From: Leidyana gryllorum EB-2025a
Taxonomy: Eukaryota; Protista; Apicomplexa
Direction: 5' to 3'
Length of the DNA: 64,000 bases
Assembly (NCBI GenBank): GCA_048772705.1
Contig: JBLWGC010000230.1
Coordinates: 248,001 to 312,000, forward strand
Shown here: positions 59,332 through 64,000 of the stretch, one piece after another
How positions within the stretch are numbered: the stretch's first letter is position 1
Layout: each line of letters starts with the position of its first letter
Position numbers and translations under genes: made by a program
The notes under the pieces: generated by a model
Told to the model about the DNA's origin: nothing
The model's input: the letters and a program-made list of their open reading frames with translations, nothing else
Databases searched by the model: none

Positions 59332-59522
59332 TGTGGTCAAACGAAGGTATCCATTGTTTTTCAGTTGTACTAGGCTAATCCCTTTTCGACGAGGGATTGT
59401 ACTGACTTTGAGCACTACCAGTATTGTGAGGAGCTCTTTTTTGTTCTAAAATGCAACAAAGGGAAACGCGATATCTATCGCTTAAGAGCCCGGAGAGAGC
59501 CCGGTATCAATTATCGCACACT

Positions 59523-59564
59523 TTGATTGGTGGCGCGCACACATTGATTGGTGGCGCGCACACA
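59523..59564. promoter_or_regulatory. Perfect 21-bp tandem duplication TTGATTGGTGGCGCGCACACA containing an inverted CCAAT box, upstream of the dipeptidase gene
   Basis: Two exact adjacent copies about 120 bp before the ATG at 59687. Confidence 0.6.
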
Positions 59565-59686
59565 GTAGTAATCGCGCTTGAAGGACTGTGAGGTGTCACA
59601 AAACTCAATTTTTTCACAGTGCTGTTTCGAATTCATCCGCTACTTATACTGTCACTACGGTCGGTTGCGTTACTTCACCTCACACA

Positions 59687-61144
59687 ATGAGCTACGACGC
59701 AGTTGTGAAAGATATTGATGCTCAAGAGGCTGAGTACATTGAGGTTCTGAGGGAAACATGTCGCATTCGCTCGTTGAGTGCTTCCCCTCAGCATCGGGGC
59801 GATGTGGTGAAGATGGCGGAATGGTTGAAGACTAAAATTGAGGCCGTTGCTCCCGGATCTACGGTCGAATTTATTCAACCTCCCTACAAACAAACTTTGG
59901 TGACCGGGGAGGAGTTGGACCTCCCCCCAGTGGTTTTGGCGACTATCGAGCCGGTTCATCCGAACAAACGTACTATCCTCGTATACGGTCATTATGACGT
60001 GCAGCCGGCCGAGATGTCCGATGGTTGGGATACTGATCCTTGGGACTTGGTGGAGTTGCCGAATGGCGAGATGCGAGGCCGTGGTTCAACTGACGACAAG
60101 GGACCCATTGTTGGTTGGATCAATATGATTAACTCTTACAGACGGGTCGGACGCGAATTGCCGGTGAATTTCAGATTTGTGTTTGAAGGCATGGAGGAGT
60201 CAGGCAGCATCGGTTTTGATGACACAGTGAAGATGGTGGCGGAGAAGAGTGATTTCTTCAAGAACATTGATTTCGCGGCTATCTCTGATAACTATTGGCT
60301 GTCTACTGTGAAGCCATGCTTGACGCACGGACTTCGTGGTCTTTGCTCGGTGCAAATTGAGATCACTGGTTTCAATGCTGATTTGCATTCAGGCTCCTTT
60401 GGTGGTTTGATGTATCAGCCAATGGATGACTTGATATATATGCTCGGGACAGTTAAGGACGAGACTGACAAAATCTTGATCGATGGCATAATGGATGAAG
60501 TGATGCCGATAACAGAGGAGGAGAAGGCTCGTTACAAAGATATCTACTATGACTTGGAAAAGGTGAAGAAGACCCAAGGCACCGTTCGTCTGCGTGACGA
60601 ACAGGACCTGACGAAGATGCTGATGAATGTATGGAGACTGCCGTCTCTGAGCATCCACGGTATTGAGGGGGCCTTCAGTGAGCCTGGCTTCAAGACGGTG
60701 ATTCCCCGTCGTGTGGTGGGCAAGTTCTCGATTCGATTAGTTCCAAACATGTCGATGGAGCAAGTCGAGAGAGTTGTTCGTCAATACTTGGAGAAGAAGT
60801 TCGCGGAACGCGACACTCCTAACAAAATGAACCTCGACATCCACTGCGGCCGTTGGTACTACGTGGAGCCTACTTCTCCAGTTTTCAGTGCTGCTGAGAA
60901 AGCTACTGTCCGCGTTCACGGTGTGAAGCCTGATTACACTCGTGAAGGCGGTAGTATCCCGATTACATTGACACTGGCTGAACTGACTGGACAGGATGTG
61001 GTGTTGCTGCCAATGGGCCGTGTGGATGACGGCGCTCACTCTCAGAACGAGAAACTTGACAAGTCAAATTACATGTTGGGTATGAAGACTTATGCTGCCT
61101 TCGCTGAAGAATTAGCTACCATTCCTGCCACTAAGAAGAACTAA
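59687..61144 (+). CDS. CNDP2: Cytosolic non-specific dipeptidase (M20 family, CNDP2/Dug1-like); intronless
   Basis: YGHYDVQPA, RGRGSTDDKGP, FEGMEESGS, ISDNYWL, DLHSGSFGG, PSLSIHGIEGAF, REGGSIPIT and DDGAHSQNEK. Confidence 0.95.
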   Translation: MSYDAVVKDIDAQEAEYIEVLRETCRIRSLSASPQHRGDVVKMAEWLKTKIEAVAPGSTVEFIQPPYKQTLVTGEELDLPPVVLATIEPVHPNKRTILVYGHYDVQPAEMSDGWDTDPWDLVELPNGEMRGRGSTDDKGPIVGWINMINSYRRVGRELPVNFRFVFEGMEESGSIGFDDTVKMVAEKSDFFKNIDFAAISDNYWLSTVKPCLTHGLRGLCSVQIEITGFNADLHSGSFGGLMYQPMDDLIYMLGTVKDETDKILIDGIMDEVMPITEEEKARYKDIYYDLEKVKKTQGTVRLRDEQDLTKMLMNVWRLPSLSIHGIEGAFSEPGFKTVIPRRVVGKFSIRLVPNMSMEQVERVVRQYLEKKFAERDTPNKMNLDIHCGRWYYVEPTSPVFSAAEKATVRVHGVKPDYTREGGSIPITLTLAELTGQDVVLLPMGRVDDGAHSQNEKLDKSNYMLGMKTYAAFAEELATIPATKKN

Positions 61145-61155
61145 TTAATTTTGCG

Positions 61156-61711
61156 TCATGATGCAGCTATTCGGCACAATCCATCTGTCATTTGTGAAAA
61201 ACACAACTTGAACTCAGAAACATCCACGAATGAGCTGTCCAAGTGAGGGCACACAGATGCCCCTGTCCACAGTAATCGTCGACAGACGTATTGACACACG
61301 TTTGTATCGCCATCAGGTGATCCGATCACTTGATCATTACAGAACGCGGAGATCTCTTCTGCATCCTTCGGTAAAACCAAATTCGGGGCATCAAAATCCT
61401 GAGAGAACTTCCCACAAGCCGATACATTCACACCCTTCATATCCATTCCCTCACCATATCGTAGCAGTTAGGCTCCACAAGCCGCACACACATTATGACT
61501 TCGTGCAAGTACCTCAGGGGAAAGTTGTATTGGGGACAGTCGCCAACATTGTGCTCCTGACACAGTAATCGACAGTGAAGAGTCTCAGACATGGACGATC
61601 CAGCCAACATGTAGGCGCAATGGGCTGCCCGCTGTCCAGAATCACGCAAGTTGTCCTGCTGCCGAAACACCGCCGCCAAGGTTGTAAGCGCTAACAGCCC
61701 TAACCGCCACA
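61156..61711 (-). CDS. Small secreted Cys-rich protein; two exons
   Basis: Signal-like MWRLGLLALTTLAA. ORFs 61437-61760 and 61156-61446 can be joined by a gtgag...ctcag intron of about 56 nt. Two similar Cys-spaced halves. Confidence 0.6.
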
Positions 61712-61883
61712 TCTGGCCGGCTGGGGTCTCTGTTTTGCTACGGAAATTTGCTAATCTCACCCCCGATCATCGATCACTAAACTAAGTCGAAATCAATCAT
61801 TACGCTCCTATCACTTTTTTTTTCAAGTCTAAATCCTATGATATGAGTTCGCAAATCACCACCACGAAAGTACAAACCACCTC

Positions 61884-63938
61884 CTAACCTGTGGGTTCCT
61901 CGACTGCTGCTGGCGGAGGAGGAGGAGCGGGAGGAGCTGCTGCTGCGCCCGCGGCCGCGGCCGCTGCTGTCCCAGCCGCTTCCTGTTCGACCAGAGCGTG
62001 AGTGCCGCTGGCAGCTGCACGTCGAGGTCGTCGGGGCCGAGCAGCCACCTCCACCTCTTCATCACTCTCTTCCTCCGAGTCGGATGAGTCCGATGGTGTG
62101 TCTGAGGATTCGCCTTCGTCCTCCAAACGGCCTGCTGCTCCCCGCAATCTGTCCCGTGGTGAGCTCACATTGGCATCCGGATATGCGCGCTTGATGTACC
62201 TCGCGATCGCGTCACGGAAGTTACGGATCCTAACGTGCGTGAATTCGTGTACGAATTTCGCCATCCGCTCCAGTACCACTTGCCTCGTGCACCCAACCAT
62301 GAGGCATCCCATAACGTGATCGGCGATTTGCTGTCGCGCAGCGTATGCGTAAAACCAGCTCGCGTGACGGTACATTAGCAGCAGCAGCAACTTGTTGAGA
62401 ATCGATATTACGAGGTCATCCAGAGTCCGCTCGTTCCCATCCCAGTCCGCTACCAATGGTTCGAATTCCGGTGCTCCCAACTGAGCCAGAACGGAGTGCT
62501 CAACCGGAGACATGGGGATCGTTGGAAAAGCAGTTATATACCCGATGCTCTGATTGCGACCCTCCCGTACGATAGCGCTCCGAACCACGAGTGGGCGGAT
62601 CACACGTTGATACTCACTGGTCTTTAGTGTGAAAATTTCTGTCATCTCTGACATGATCGATATCAGCGCTGCTTCGTGTACCGGATCGTATCCAGTGACC
62701 GGTAAAGTCAGCAAATCCCGTTGAATCCGTCGCGAGCTGAGCGCTGCCACTCGTGTGCGCTTTCGTTCCCTTGGTGCTGCAGAAGGCGATGGACTACGTT
62801 GACGGGTGCGTCTTGACGAAGATGGTCCAGGATTGTTGTCCAAAAGTTCGGGGAGGTCATCGTCCACAACTTGGCGGGTCCGCCGGGAAGGTCCAGGGGT
62901 ATCGTCCGAAGGATCATGTAGAGCACTGGGGTGGATATTGCGGGCCATTCGTGAAGATCGTGGGGTGTTTTCTAAAAGCTCTGGAAGCTGATCGTCTCGT
63001 TCACTCTGGCGATGTCTTCGAGAAGGTGCGGGCACATTGTCCAGCAGAGGCGGTAGGTCGGGGTCCACCTCGCCAGCCGCCGCTGGCGTGGGCACCGAGT
63101 TCCGTTCAGCGCTCGCAGCAAACGCACTGCTGCTCGCCTGACCCCTGCGTGGGCGGGGCTCCCTCTCGATGGGAGTGACTCCTTCCGCCGGTCGGGCCCG
63201 CTTTGCCGACGAAACTCCTCTTGCGGGATATCCACCACGAGCAGCCGCTTGCACGCCTCTCGTCGCGGTCTGTCCGCCTTTCGGAGCGGGGCCACTTCGG
63301 GACGATTGACCCCCTCTACGCGGGGCAGGAGTGACTTCGATACCTGAACGACCTCGTTGTGAAGGGGTGGCTAAGCTGCTGGAACTCGGGCCCGGGGCTG
63401 ATGAGGGATCGTCATCCTCATCTTCACGTCTGGAAGGCTTGATGAGTTGGGGTTCGGCCTGCAGAATCCCAGTGGGAGGCGGAAAAGAGATTTCAGGAGC
63501 TCGGGGGTAAAGCCAAAGCTCTTCTTCGGTGGGTAATCGAATACGAATTTGAAGGTCGTCTGCTCCAAAATTGCTGTGGTCGATGCACTCGGGAAAGGGG
63601 TGCGACGCAGCCAATTCTGTCAAATCCACCCTTGGAGTTGACATTAACGCCGGAGGTGGTGCAATGGCCTTACCCAATTCCCGAAGGAATATTTTGTACC
63701 CGTTCCGCCCCCACATCATAGACATCACCCGCACGGGCAACTTCCTCCGAGCATCGCGGGACTGTCGCATCACAAACTCGTAGTATTTCTGCCTGAAAGC
63801 TTTCACCACGTCTGATAGCCGATTCCGGTGGTTGGGTTCGATACGGGGCAGATGGGCCACATAAGTATTCATCATATGATCCGTCTCCTTGAGGTCTGGT
63901 TGCCACTGCAAACCTTGAAATAGTGGACACTCCTCCAA
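61884..63938 (-). CDS. Hypothetical protein (684+ aa) with a disordered R/P/S-rich centre; 5' end probably beyond the window
   Basis: Long uninterrupted ORF with two helical-looking domains flanking low-complexity sequence. No family recognised. Confidence 0.7.
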   Translation of the reverse strand: MEECPLFQGLQWQPDLKETDHMMNTYVAHLPRIEPNHRNRLSDVVKAFRQKYYEFVMRQSRDARRKLPVRVMSMMWGRNGYKIFLRELGKAIAPPPALMSTPRVDLTELAASHPFPECIDHSNFGADDLQIRIRLPTEEELWLYPRAPEISFPPPTGILQAEPQLIKPSRREDEDDDPSSAPGPSSSSLATPSQRGRSGIEVTPAPRRGGQSSRSGPAPKGGQTATRGVQAAARGGYPARGVSSAKRARPAEGVTPIEREPRPRRGQASSSAFAASAERNSVPTPAAAGEVDPDLPPLLDNVPAPSRRHRQSERDDQLPELLENTPRSSRMARNIHPSALHDPSDDTPGPSRRTRQVVDDDLPELLDNNPGPSSSRRTRQRSPSPSAAPRERKRTRVAALSSRRIQRDLLTLPVTGYDPVHEAALISIMSEMTEIFTLKTSEYQRVIRPLVVRSAIVREGRNQSIGYITAFPTIPMSPVEHSVLAQLGAPEFEPLVADWDGNERTLDDLVISILNKLLLLLMYRHASWFYAYAARQQIADHVMGCLMVGCTRQVVLERMAKFVHEFTHVRIRNFRDAIARYIKRAYPDANVSSPRDRLRGAAGRLEDEGESSDTPSDSSDSEEESDEEVEVAARPRRPRRAAASGTHALVEQEAAGTAAAAAAGAAAAPPAPPPPPAAVEEPTG

Positions 63939-64000
63939 ATTGCATTGCCCATCGCAGCGGTGCCACGGACTCGTCCACGTTCTGGAAACCAGCTGAGGAT

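Overview
Gene-dense eukaryotic genomic DNA with roughly balanced GC and many short (about 40-60 nt) GT-AG introns. It is most consistent with an apicomplexan, probably a gregarine. This taxonomic call is an inference from the CDPK, the PTEN-C2 formin, the TRAP-like adhesins and the compaction. Recognisable housekeeping genes are a multidomain acetyl-CoA carboxylase (3' end outside the window), Utp14, an hnRNP F/H-type qRRM protein, BCNT/Swc5, a formin, a NOPCHAP1-like protein, Sec22, Fcp1, Vid27, an atypical CDPK, ribulose-phosphate 3-epimerase, ataxin-2/Pbp1, GPN1, Nop9 and an M20 dipeptidase. There is also a probable highly divergent DDB1/CPSF160/SF3B3-family protein. Five observations stand out. 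(1) Four intronless secreted or surface genes carry seven integrin-beta-I-like vWA domains, including a 2232-aa protein with four domains separated by different tandem-repeat spacers. (2) A small intronless gene resembling giant-virus/Polinton-like-virus proteins sits 32 bp head-to-head with rpe. (3) Co-directional genes are separated by only 1-5 nt from stop to start, implying overlapping or polycistronic transcription. (4) The gene for a G-tract-binding splicing factor has a G-tract-rich intron. (5) The CDPK has an HRDIKAEH catalytic loop. I found no rRNA, tRNA, CRISPR array or recognisable transposon. Multi-exon gene coordinates are spans and exon boundaries were read by eye.
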